A stretch of 64,000 nt of DNA from Lama glama (Eukaryota), in NCBI GenBank assembly GCA_028534125.1, contig CM052816.1:85934001-85998000 (forward strand). The letters run 5' to 3'. The notes beneath the pieces are model-generated. The model saw only the letters and a list, made by a program, of their open reading frames with translations. It did no database searches and was not told the origin of the DNA. Within the stretch, counting starts at the first letter, position 1, and each line of letters opens with the position of its first letter. The position numbers and the translations under genes were made by a program. Shown here piece after piece: positions 24,960-37,856 of the stretch.

Positions 24960-26190
24960 TAATAAGAATACAGTTGGGATCACATTAATTAATAAGCAGT
25001 GTGTTTAATGTTGTGCTTAGAACTTTAGCCTTATTTGGGAGGAGATAAGTTTTGAAGTTTTTTAAGTAGGGATATTGCATTATTATTATTATATTATCAT
25101 TACTTGGAGGAACATAGGATCGATTAGAGGAGTAAAACTTTTTAGACTTAATAGCCATTTATAAATATGCGAACAAAGTTGAGAATAGAAGTACAAGAGA
25201 CTGAACTTGGAAAAATGCAATAGAAATTAAATACAAATTATTTTATTACATTATGAAGTTCCAAAATCTGTTGTTCCATAACAGAAAGAGTCTGTTTGAC
25301 ATTGCTTATTGAGTTCATTTTTAAAGATCTTGCCTGAGATATTTCTGGATATATAAAGGCTTTTAAACATTATTCTTGTCCTCACAGAACAACCAGACAA
25401 GTAAATAGGTATTTTTATTATTAGTTTGAAATTCAAATACTGCAAGAAAGGTCCTAAATAATTTTGTGACTTCAGAGGGAGAAGTAATTTCCATCTGTTG
25501 TTGATAGTGATGATGATGGTGCTGGGACTTATAATAAGATTTTTTTTTAATCTGAAGAGGTCAGTTTATAGAGGCCTTATTTGATTTATTCGTTGAGGAC
25601 TGAAATGATTTTTTTCTATTTGGAAAAAAGTAATTTAGTGTATTTTAGATTGGAAGGAAAGAAATGGGAATGGAACAAATAGTGTGGAAGCATAATGTGC
25701 AGGAAATCAACACTTGATATATTTGCCCAAAGTGGATGGATCAGGGTTAAAAAAAAAAAAAAAGTGTGTCAGGTCTTTGGTGACCTGGACTGTCAGGTTA
25801 AAGTTGTAGAAAATTTTCTGAGTTGTTAAAGTGTATCTTTAGTGTGCCTTTTAGTATTTTTTTTTCCTAGGAAAAATTTGAAAGCACTTTCTTGAGGAAA
25901 GATTTAAGAAAGAACAGACAATCTGCTTTGTTAGTTTGTTAGTTTTTATACTGAGATAATTAAATCCCAAAGAAGAACATTTGCAATGGGTATGGAAAAA
26001 GAAAATATAGTAAAAAGCATATTATAGAGCTATAGTCAGGATTACTCAGAATCTTATATAATGGATTAAAATGAGGTATACAATGATAACTTCAAGGTTT
26101 AGAGCCTAGACTTGAAGGATTATGAAACCATTAAATACAATAAGGAATACACAATGAGGGGAGGTTTGGAATTAAATACTATATTCAATC
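24960..26190 (-). mobile_element. L2 fragments (degenerate, probably more than one piece)
   Basis: Purine-rich antisense L2-like motifs (AACTTTAGCCTTATTTGGGAGG, TTCAAGGTTTAGAGCCTAGACTTGAAGGATTATGAAACCATT). Confidence 0.45.
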
Positions 26191-26362
26191 TTGCTTATGC
26201 AGAATATGACTATAGCTCCTAAAATGCAAAGCACATGAAAAGCACATCATACTTGCTGCTTGTTCACAAAGGAAGATAGCCACCGAGTGATGAATGGGTG
26301 TGGTGTTACTGAGAATATAGAATGTAACATTATTGAGGGGGGACTTTTTCTCAGCACCATAT

Positions 26363-28817
26363 TGTGGTAGATACAAAAAACGGTGGCTAAAAGTTCCATC
26401 CATTCCTGTATGCATATAGCTTTGCAGTGTGAGCTTACTTCTTCCTTCAGGAGATGGACTCTCTCTCTACCCACTGAATTCCGAATTTGCCGTGTGACTT
26501 GCATAAGCCAATAGACCATTAGCAGATAAGATAAACTGTAGACTTGAAACATAGTTTTGCAATCTGACTTGCCATCTCTGGCTGATGGAAATCTTGAGCC
26601 ACCGTATGAATAATCCAGGAACTTCTTTCTAGGCACCACATGGAGAATTAGACCCAGTCATTCCCAGATAGGCCCTCTGATATTCCCCAGGCATATCAGT
26701 GAGACCATGCTGTGTTGTCAGCTTGTAACCAGCTGGCCCAGAGAAGATCTGTTCAGAGAACCATAAGCAGTGTGAGGAATAATTAACATTGTTGTTTTAA
26801 ATCAGTATGTTTCAAGGTCACTTGTATTTTTGCCCCTTGAAAAAAACTAAAATATATGTCACTTATTTTGATACCAAGCAACAGGTGGAGAGTAACAGAG
26901 TAACAAAGACTAGAAGAGTAGAGTAGAAGAGTAACAAAGACTCTGCTAGAAAAGACTAGAAAAATGGCAAACAAAATGTTAGCCAAAGCTGAAAAAGTAG
27001 TGAGAAAATGGATAGAAAAGCCTGAAAAAAAGGACAGTTTGGTGAAGTGATAGTAAAATTCTTGGCAAAAATACTGCCTGCAATATCATAGAAGTTAAAA
27101 CATGTACTTAAAGACCTTTCAGGTTAAAAGTGTTACTGACTTTTCCAGTTTCTGTATGATAAGTTACTGCATTAGAGTATTGAGCTAAAGAAAGAATTGT
27201 TCAGTTTGAAAGCAGAATTTATATGAATTACATATAGCTCAGGGTTTGCCATATATATATTATATATATGTTATATATATATAAAATATATATTTTCTTT
27301 AGATTCTCTAGTGAGCAAGTTTTCAGAGAAAAAAAGTAGCATGTAAGACGACTAATGATGTATGTAATATAATTTATTATGATCTCTGAAATATTTAAGA
27401 TGTGCATAGCAGACATATTCAGCTAGACCTAAGAGCTTTTAAGAATCCTAAAAGGATTGGCCTATAGTGATAAGCCATATGGTTCAAGTTAGAGAGAACA
27501 CAATTCCATAAAAATTTGTGAATGTGTCTTTTGAATCAGGTAGTGGACCTAAACAATATTTATAGAAAACATGCTAAATCTTTAAGAGTGTGAGTGAGTG
27601 TGACAAACTTGGATTAAATGGTATTGAAATTGCTTAAATTGCAAAATGGGATCTGGGTCCCAGATTTCCATGAAAAGGAAGCTGGATTGAATGTTACCCA
27701 ACTTCAATCACGGGACACTCTTATAAAAAGGGAATGTCATCCCAGAAAGCAGAGTCAAAGTCTCATCAGAGAATAAATCCAAAAACCAAAGAGAACAATA
27801 AGCTAAGAGACAACTCCCAGAAAGCAGAGCACATGCTCAGCTGGATTTCATAAATGCTTCTTTTTCTTCTCTATTCTGATCGAAAGTGCCTATTGTGGTA
27901 TCTTTCTCCCGTCTCACTTTTGCATGCTGGCTTGTTGGGGAATTAATAAATTATTTATTTACTTTCATTCACTGTCTTGGATTGAGAGTTTATGCACTTG
28001 AGGACCTGCGCCATTGTACTTTATCTGTATCTGGACTTAATGAAGTCCACAAGATTTTGAACTTTGAGCCTGATACGTAAATTGAAAAGTAATTCAGATG
28101 TTCCTGGAATACAACTGAACAAGTTTTGTGTGGGGAAGTGACTTTGATGAGGTTCCTGGGAAACATGCTCTGAGAAGGAGATTACATGCAAGAAGTTTTT
28201 TGATCAAAGTTTTCAGAAGCAAATGAGGACGATTCCTGGGAAGGGGTTAACTTTTGAGCATTACACAGAAAACTCTTTTAACAGCTAGGGAAAAGGTTTA
28301 TTTTGTTATTAAAGGAGGATTTAAGGGACAGATTACGTCATCCTCTAGAGTGAAGAATGTGACTAATTTGTGGCTAGAAGACACATGTTGGTAAATTGCA
28401 AAAATTTCTAAAAGTTCTCCTATGTCTACTGTATGCACGTCCTCTTGAAATGTGCTTTTTATCAATCCATCTATCTACAGTAAGGGTATGTCTCTCTGAC
28501 TTCTAAATCTGAAGTTGACCATGTTGCTTGTATTGGTCAATGGTATGCTTGGCAACACAGCAAAATAGGAGAGTAAGAGACCACCTGGAGAGAGAGCATC
28601 AAGGACACATGGAAAGAGAAGCATAGCCACCCCAGTCATTCCACTTATCTCAGCTAAGGCCAAAGACATGTGATGCATCTGTCTTAGACAATCATCTCTC
28701 ATCAAGCTGACCCAAACTAGAACTGCCTACCCAATCACAATTCTTAAGAAATAACAAATCATTGTTGTATTAAGACACTAAATGTTGAAGTAGTTTGTTA
28801 TGCATCTAATTAACACA
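26363..28817 (+). mobile_element. Two-LTR MaLR provirus (MLT1H/I-like): 5' LTR about 26363-26860, internal region, 3' LTR 28386-28817
   Basis: Two homologous same-orientation LTRs (TGTGGTAGA...AAAAGTTC...CTGTATGCA vs TGTTGGTAAA...AAAAGTTC...CTGTATGCA; both end CATTGTTGT.TTAA). PBS-like TTTTGATACCAAG follows LTR1. Outer 5-bp flanks are CATAT/CATAG. Confidence 0.8.
28140..28350 (-). mobile_element. ERVL LTR16/33-like fragment nested in the MaLR internal region
   Basis: GGTTCCTGGGAAACATGCTCTGAGAAGGAGATTACATGCAAGAAGTTT resembles the antisense LTR16 end. Confidence 0.5.
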
Positions 28818-30654
28818 CATAGCTTTCAGCTATGTATTTGTAATTATTTCCTTGCTTCCTAGATTAGATAATAATTTTTTTTCTGTGCTGCAGATTTATG
28901 GAATATCTGTGAGATACCTTGATCACAAGTCAAAATTGGCTAACAAGAACCATTATAGGTACATTGAATTCATAGTTTAGAGGAAAATATGAAATAATCA
29001 TACCATAGGTGGTAAATTAGGTGGACTTGATGGTAGCACATTCAGTATTTGAAAACTATCTGTACTTGATCTGAAAGTAATTGCCCTTGTCATTCTATTT
29101 GCTCAAGAAATATGAATGGAATCCATGTCATCGTCTACATGTGTATTCACTTCTTCCTAATACCTTCTTCACAAGGAGTGTGGAACCACAACATTAGTAT
29201 GTTTACAAATAATAACCATTTGTTGCATGGACCATATAGAATAATTTAATCAGTGTATGTCTTATAAGAAAACTACAGCAGGGCAAAGTAGCAGCATATC
29301 TTTTCCTTTATTCTCATATTTAACACTTAAACATCCATTATTGATGTATATTTTCTTATATGTTTAGAAAAGTATGTTTCTTTATGGTAGTAAATAATTT
29401 AAAGAATATTAATAATTATGGACATATAATGAAACTAGATTTTCAGTTTTTATTTCACATAAACATGATTGTCACATCTAAATCTGAATACATGCTAGCT
29501 TATATCATATATTAAAAAACAGGTCTTCATATTCATAACTTGGGCTCTTTCCTTACACATCATATACACAGATATATTATTCTTCACTGATTAACACACA
29601 TATTTTGTCTTAAAATTAGATAATCTTTTATCAGAAACATCATCCTCTATTTCACAGTTGTAATGAAAACCAAATATAGTATACCATAATATTTGGGATA
29701 AATTATCAAATTTTCTATTTAAGGTATGCTAAGAATCAACTGATGACCTAACAGTAATTTTGAATTCTTTACTGAAATGGACATCAATGTGTTCAAAAAT
29801 TTTTAAATGATCATTTTTTTCTACATATTGCACAAAGCAAAAGGAAATTTAGGTTAAACGTTACCTTAATATCATCTGTCCTTGAAACAGGGATGTCAAA
29901 AATTGTCTGTTTTTCTCTTTATGTGCATGCTCATCTTTTACATAAGTCCAGTTGCTGTATCATCATGTTCCTACAGAGGCATATCAAATAATATCATAAA
30001 TGGCACATCATTTTTACTTCGTATTTAAATATGTAGGGTACATACACATTTTGTCTTTGTATTAATCACTCATTAAATATTTTTTCATGAAATAGTATAT
30101 ATAAAAAGCACATCCAATTAAACTAAAAGAAATATCATCACTGCATTTTAAATTTCTAGTGTACATATTAAAAACCAGATTTAATTATTAGTAATTTATA
30201 ATTGTAATTTATCAACCAGAGTAATTCTTAGCTAAGTAATCATGCATCAAAAAAATGACATACAGAATGCATAATACTTGATATTTGTTACCTTTTAAAT
30301 AAACACTTTAATAAACCATGTAATCTGTCATGCAAAAGGAATATAACATTTTAAAATAGTCAAAATGTAACATCTTAAAATTTGATAACAAAATAGTTTT
30401 AAGATATTTATATTGAACCTATTTTTAAAAGTGGAAACTCTTTCTAAAACTGGGAAGTTCACATGTACATGTGTGTACTTGTTGTGTTTGTGTCTGTGAG
30501 ACAGAGACAGAGAACAGTATCCCAATGGAATTCATAACTGTGACCTTGTTATCCAACCTAGGTTTGTAATAGAATACTCTCTTTTTTTCTTGAATGCAAG
30601 TTATATTGCTACGTATTAAAACCATTGGTGCATCAATTATATGTGCAATTTAAT

Positions 30655-32275
30655 TCTATTAATTTTTCCTTGCATAGTTTGATGATCTGTTGTTAGGTTT
30701 ACACATCTTAAGGACTGGTGTGTCTTCTCAGAGAATTGACCTGTATCACGATGTTACACCTTTCTTTATCCCTGATAGCTTTCCTTGTTTGAAATCGGAT
30801 ATCTGAAATCAACTATCTGAAATGACTACCTGTGCTTTCTTTTCATTAGTGTTAGAATGGTGCATTTCCCTCCATTTATTGACTCTTAATCTTTATGTAT
30901 ATTTATGTAAAAGTGGGTTTCTAGTAGATGAAGAATAGTTGAGTTTGTTTTTTGATCTACTCTGAGCATCTCTGTTTTTCAACTGTTACATTTAGAACAT
31001 TGACATTCAAAGTGATTATTGATACAATTGAATTAATATCTATCATATCCATTACAGTTTTTCCTTTGTTGCCCTTGTTCTTTATACCTCTTTTTGCCTT
31101 CCACTCTTGATAGTGGAACAAGATGTACTGGATGAAAGAAACTGCTATAATAGGCCTCTAGAAATATGGTAATTTTTTGTCAGGGAAGAGGAAGCTTTTG
31201 TTACTCTTAGGGTTACATCTCTGTGTTCTAGAGCCAGTGGGACAGGATGGCTACAGCATATGAGTATCTTCCTTCCCCTTCTTCCCCCAAGCCAGTGAGG
31301 CTTTGATAATACTCCAGCAGGGAAGGTTTGGTTAACCAGTTTCCCCTAAAGGCAAGCCTTGTTAAAAAGAACAAAGCATTCTGAGTATTTCAAAATGGTA
31401 CCTTTTTCCCTGCCCCTGGTAAGAACATGAAGTGATTTTTCTCAAATATTTACTGTGGAAATTTGGTTGGCCTTTGTAGATAAATCTCACAATATTGTCA
31501 GGGACCCCTTGTAACAGGGTTCCTCTGGATTTTAACTCTCAGAATTGTCAGCACTGAGCCTTTAGCAATTTGTCAATTTCAGTTAAGGTTTTCCTCTCTA
31601 ATCCCTGGTTCCTGAGGCAGCTTCTGCTTGTAAGTCTCTGCTCTGATAAGTCATAACTCCCTGTGTTTACCTGACTGTCTCTCCAATCTTTGAGGAAGCT
31701 TTTGGTCCTGTGTCCTCTTCTCTCTAGGATCTGTGGACAAGGAAAATTGCCTGCCATTTCAGCAAACAATGAATGTTGACCCCATTAAGTCATCAGCCAC
31801 TGCAGCCACCCCCAGAGTGCACCCTGAGGGGAATTCAGGACTGAGAGAAACAGAATACTGGCTCTAAATTGTTAAGATGCATAGAAAAGGGACAATTTTA
31901 ATGAACTCAAACTTTTGCATCTTCCCACACATAGAAAAGGACTAAAATCATTAACGTGAGGTGTCTGTTTTTTGTCATTATCAATAACTTTTGATGTTTC
32001 ACTACATGTTGTTTTTTGCAAAAACTCATGTGTAACCTGACTCCTGTCTTACCTCTTTGGAAGTGTTCCTTAGAGCTATCTGAGCGGTTGTTTTCCAGGC
32101 TATAGTCCTCAGTAAGATCCCTGAATAAAGCATAAATCTCAGCTCTTAGGTTACGCTTTTTTTTCAGTCAACAGTTTCAAGAAGTGTTGTTGATCCAGTT
32201 TCTTCTGCTTTTTTATGTTATCCAGATGAAATGTCAACTTTCAAAATCTACATGTAAAACTGGAGACTTGAAGTT
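30655..32275 (-). mobile_element. L1MC/L1M4-like 5' region, interrupted by the LTR at 31732-32173
   Basis: Antisense ORF2-start sequence (TCTGTTGTTAGGT, TCTTTATCCCTGATA, AAGTGGGTTTCTAGTAGA). L1MC-like 5' sequence GGATC|...AAGAAGTGTTGTTGAT rejoins across the LTR. Confidence 0.7.
31732..32173 (+). mobile_element. ERV1-type solo LTR (442 bp)
   Basis: TG...CA termini with short inverted ends (TGTGGAC / GTCAACA). AATAAA at 32124-32129. It interrupts a collinear L1. The TSD is not cleanly preserved. Confidence 0.8.
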
Positions 32276-33949
32276 TTTTTTTTTTAAGATTTTAGATTAC
32301 ATATTGTAAATTTGGAGAAGGAATGCAGGTCATTATGTTGATTACTTTTATTTGAAACTAGTTGGGAAAGGCAACACAAAGTATATTGAAAATTACTATC
32401 ATCTGGAGAACACTGGCTTGCAGTGATAAAAGTATGCACTTTCTTATTGCATAGTAACTTTTAATTTGGGTATTCTTTTCAAGGCACTAGTGCCTTAAAG
32501 TGACGACAACCAAAGAGAAAATTTGAGCCATGAAGGTGCCCTGTATATGTCTTTATGAATGTAACTTCTCTGAACTGCAACCTTTTTTTCACTTATAAAG
32601 CATGTAATGTAATATTTTCAAAGTAGCAAGGCAAAGTATTTTGTGCAATACAGCCCCTTACTCTGTAATCATTAATTTGACCATTGCCGTTCAAGATAGA
32701 TTTGATGTTTTAAAATTTTTTTTTCATTAATGAGCTACAAATATTTATTTTCTTAAAATAGTCAAAGATAAGGCTAAATTATTGAATTTCCAATGTTTTC
32801 ATAAGAAGGTTTAATATACTTTCTAACCTAGGATGTCTTATTCATCATTTGATACTTATTCAATTTATGTATCTTTTCAAAGTAACACCAAGAAGGATTT
32901 CACTTAAGTTATTATCTTAGGTAAGAATTTACTATGTTGACTGTAATTTGCATAGTTAAGCTCATTTCTCAATGGTACATGTTGTTAGGAAATACAGTAA
33001 ATTTAAATACGCTGTTGTCTTTGACTTTTCAATGTCAAGTCATATGAGAATTTATGTTTTGTCACAGAATCTCACTTGATAACATATCTCTTTAAATAAT
33101 GTGTAAATTATTATTGTGTAAAGGACAGACATGATAAAACATGTTTGCTAATTATGAGGCCAGCAGCACAAGCAGAAATATATAAATTATTCTATTTTTC
33201 TATTTATATTTATTGAATATCAATTGAGACACAATGAATGTAGGGAAATGCTCAAATGTTTTGCTACATTTTTAACTAAGAAAGAAGACATGTTGACAAT
33301 TTTTCAAAATAACTGTAAATTTATGATTATCTCCATCTCTATCTACCTATCTTTCTATCTCTTTCTCTCTATCTAGTTTTGAAGTGGCTATTGCTCCAAG
33401 CATGTATTAATATTTAATTCCTTAACAGGTCAAGTCCCACATTAAATGTCACTTCCAAATACTGATTTTGCCCCCTATTCTTCCCCCACCATGACACACA
33501 TAGCAACCATATTGTCTTTTTATCCCATATGTCATAATGGCAATGATTTGTATGATTCTATTTCAACTACATGTCACATGCTGAATCAAATACGAGCCAT
33601 GTAAGGACACAAAATGTTTCTTTTCTTTGCAATATTGTCCATCTGGTTGGTGTCATAGGGTCACTAATTGATTTAAAAATATTGAGCAAATAAATTTCTT
33701 GTCTAGTACCTGTGACAATCCACAACGTAAAATATGTCAGACAAATTCAGATCTATCCTATTCAGAGTCAGTGTGGATATTTAGTTTAATTGTGCTCAGT
33801 TTTTATTCCCATTCAATCATAAATCAAATGAAAATTAAAAAACATTTCTCTCTGCTTTAAAAAGCTTGCTATACACAATGTTTTATTATCTTAGCAAAAT
33901 GTGTCAATGCAATACACATACTGGAACAAAAAAGATTGAAGTTTATGGA

Positions 33950-34420
33950 TTATATTTCATGTTATGCTAGATCATGGATAATTTATAATATTATAGAAAT
34001 TTGTTATAAAACAAATACAAATTATAAAGAATATAGAAAGTTTAATAAAAATGTATAAGCTTTTTAAATCACCCTCTATAATCTCACAACACAAGGAAAA
34101 GCCACTGTTAAATTTTAGCTTTTTATTCCAGGATTTTTTTTCCTCTTGTGAAATTATGCAGTGATCATTGTGGATGTAGATGCAGTTTATGTTTCTAGAA
34201 GTTTTTCTATAGGTGAAATATATGCATACATTCACGTGTATATGTATATAGTTATATGCAGATAATGCATGCATATAACGTACATAATACATATACTATA
34301 AGTTGGCATATGAATTCAAGTTTTGTATCATAATTATAGCTTTCTTATTTAAAATCACTTTGCTATTACTTTCCCATATGATGAATTATAAAGTAATTTT
34401 TTAATGGCTACACATCACCA
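33950..34420 (-). mobile_element. L1ME-like 3' UTR fragment
   Basis: AT-rich antisense old-L1 3' end pattern ending TTTTTAATGGCTACA. Confidence 0.45.
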
Positions 34421-35019
34421 TCTTCTCTTTATTCGTCTCAGACTATCTCAATCCATACAAAATCTCTGTTTAGCATCTATTCTTTTTTCATAAAGAGGAA
34501 TTGCCACTGAAGAATGGGTATTCTGTCAGTGTGGTAATGAAACTGTGATTACTGAAAAGGGTTATTCTTACCACAATTTTCTTGCAGTTTCTATATCATC
34601 TTCAGTATGAACAGCCCTTAAGTCTATTTCCAGTTCTCTAAATCTTAATGCTGGCCCAGAGGTGTGTGTTACCTACTGTGTAAAATCTATCAGCATCTTC
34701 CTTTCTTTTTATTTCCCATATATTGCATCCTTTACATCAGCATACAAAGATAAAAAACTTTAGAGGCAAAAGAGAAGTAGAGTGTTTCCTATCCAGTTCT
34801 CAAGACAATGCCAGTATTACCTCCACCCAAATATGTGGCTTATTGCCAATGCCACTTTGTGTGCTATTATATAGTTTGTTTGCTTTATTATTATTTATTT
34901 TTATTCCTTGTGGCAAACAGTGTGTGTAAGAAAACAATTATCTTCACTTTTTTTTTTTGGATGGGTAGTCCTGTGTTTTGATTCATTAAAATATATTTTG
35001 AATATTGATTTATATATTA

Positions 35020-35600
35020 GGCACTACTTTATACACTGGACTGCATCAATAAATAGAGAAAGAGCTTACTCTATTATTGGAGGAGGAAAATAAAAATCAC
35101 ATATATAAGAGACAGTTTCAGTATGTATAAATGATATGAATAAACGTGGAAGAGGCTGTTGTCATAGAAAATTATGAAAGGGGTAAACTTAGTAGAATGG
35201 TCAGAGTAACTCTGGGTGTTGATTTTGAACAGAGACTTAAATGATAAGAAAGAATTATTCTCATGAGATCCTAGAGAATGAGTATTCCATGGGGTGGAGG
35301 AAGACATACAATGATGCAGGGTTTTTTTGTTTTGTTTTGTTTTCTTAACATAGGAGACCAGTTAGCAAAGGAATAGAACCCAAGGAAATGGTCAGGGAGG
35401 AAGGCAGGTAGGTCATTGTACGTCATGGAAAGGAGTTTGGATTTTACACAAGATATAAAGAAGGGACATTGTCAGTTTTAGGAAGGATGGTGATATGACC
35501 TCATATATATTACTTTTTAATCTTTCTGGTTATTATGTGGAGAATGGGTCACATGGTGGCCAAATATCTAGTACAAGGATGAGTTAGAAAATTCTTGATG
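35020..35600 (-). mobile_element. L2 fragment
   Basis: GAAAGAGCTTACTCTATTATTGG, TTTTGAACAGAGACTTAAATGA, CATGGAAAGGAGTTTGGATTTT and TGTGGAGAATGG are antisense L2 landmarks. Confidence 0.65.
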
Positions 35601-36881
35601 TATGTGAACATCCGATGATGTATATTTAAAACACCAACTTACAATATAGCAAAAAATTGAAAAATATTCAAATTCTTTGAACTGTCAATTCTACATTTTA
35701 TAAATATTTGCTAAATAAATAACTATGATGTGCTATGAAGAATTTTAGATAATACTACTATAGTGATATTTAAAATAATAAGTTAACATGTAAATGTCTA
35801 AAATAGACACTCAGATAATGTCATACAATCTAATGTTGTTTCCCACTGAAACTATGCCTTAAAATTATATATTATGATATAACATGTTGTCTGTTATATA
35901 TTACTAAATAAATGATTAAACATCCTGTACCCTTCTATTTGAATATGATTACATATGCACCTCAGCTCATGTTTGTTTCCACCAAATCATCTTTAAAATA
36001 CAAAGAAGTAAAGTAAATATTAACCAATAAGGTAAGAGGAATTAGTGAGTTAGATTTCCAGTAGTAAGATGAATAAATAGCTGAAAAATTTTGCAATAGT
36101 AGGGCATGGGTGTGTAGGCTGGAACTTGGCTAAACATATAACAAAACCTGCTGAAAAGTTTAAGCAGATTAATATTGGAATAGGAATAATAGACAATTAG
36201 AAATTTCCCCACACATATAAGAAGATATAATAAATTATGCAGCTAATATTTCAGCTGAATAAAAAAAAAATCAATAATTATGGGACAATTGCTTGTCCAG
36301 TTAGAAAAATATGGTTTCCTAGTTCACATTATAGACAATAATATCTCACAGTCTTTTTCTTAAAAAATACAAGAAAAAAATTTGAAATGTATAGAAAAAA
36401 TATTTAAAATAGCTTTAATTAGGAAGGGTTTCTTGAGACATAAAAAGTACAAACAACAAAGCGAACAGTAAAAATTTTGAATAAATTAGTATTGAATGAT
36501 GAATAGTAAAGTACACCATGAACAAAGTAAAATTAGAGGCCATGCACAGAGAAATACAACTAATAAATTTTCAGAATATGAAAAGAAATGCAATTATTCC
36601 CAAAAAATGCAAATGACTGTACTTAAATTTGAGTAAATTTGGGCAAAACCTATGATTGAACATTTCATGGACGAGATATACATGGACAATGCTCTGATAC
36701 ATAGTGGTTGAGGACATTTAAATAAACCTATGTCAGATACTTTAAATTCTGATTATTAAAACAATGGAAATTTTCATGTACTGTTGACAGTGTAGAGATT
36801 TGTAAATTATTTTGGGTAGCAATTTGGAGATGTCATTCAAAAACAGAGTGAGCATACTTCACCCTATGCTAAGCATCATAG

Positions 36882-37531
36882 TGTTACTGGGTAGAGGGGA
36901 ATAAAAGTTACTTCTTTTCTTAGTCACCCCCAAAAAATGAATTTTTAACAAGGGACAGAAAGCTTGATATGAACAAGATTTTATTAGTGAAGTAAAAAGA
37001 TAGTAAAACATAGTACCCGCCTAGGATTGGGAGCGGGCAAATCCAAGACAGGAAGAATGGTGCCGCTCCTTTGTTTTTCCTGTTTTTATATCCTGGCTTA
37101 AGGGGTGTTTTCGTGATTGATTGACTGATTGATTCACAGCTCAGGTTCTCTGAGTGCACCCACGGGCTGACTGACAGTTCCTGTTCCTTGTGCTCAGGCT
37201 GATTGACAGCTCACAGTCCTTGTGCTCAGGCACGCCCATCATTTTTACACATGTTCTTACTCATGATGCACATAGAGAAACCTATGGGAGGGGCTCAAAC
37301 TGTAATGTTAATTACATTATAATGAGCATTGGGTCAAGTTAAGCCAGGTCTTTCAGTCTGCTGTGCAGCCTCAGCTTTTGAGTCTAGCCAGCTTCTTTTC
37401 TGGCCCTCATTTAGAGAAAGTAAAAGTTCTTTGGAGCCCCTTAACCTGAGTACAAATGTACTGCTATTTTCTGGGTTCCTCTCTCCCCCTTCCTCTCCCC
37501 TTGCCTGGTGCTCATTTCTAACTGCCTAACA
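36882..37531 (-). mobile_element. ERV1-type solo LTR (650 bp) with a 32-bp tandem duplication in putative U3
   Basis: TG...CA termini (TGTTAC / CCTAACA) and 4-bp flanks ATAG/GTAG. Minus-strand TATAAAA at 37084-37090 and AATAAA at 36980-36985. Retained CpGs. Confidence 0.85.
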
Positions 37532-37804
37532 GTAGTAGGGAAAGAGGATTTCCAGAAATCTACTTCCAAATCCTCACAGCACGAACCCTAGAATCTATGC
37601 AAAAGTCACATTCAGAAACATTCAAATAAAAATTCGAATAGAGCTTTTAGTGGAGCTTGAAAGACTGGATTTCAATTTTTTAAGAGCAAGAATCAAATTA
37701 TAGCCAAGATGATTATGAAAAAGTAGAATGTGTTGAAGGACACGTCTTACCAGATATTATAATTTACTATTAAGTTATATTTTATTGAATAAACTATATA
37801 ATAG

Positions 37805-37815
37805 ACACACACACG

Positions 37816-37854
<39 letters not shown>
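37805..37854. repeat. (CA)n/(CG)n alternating purine-pyrimidine microsatellite
   Basis: ACACACACACGCACGCGCGCACACAC... is directly visible. Confidence 0.95.
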
Positions 37855-37856
<2 letters not shown>

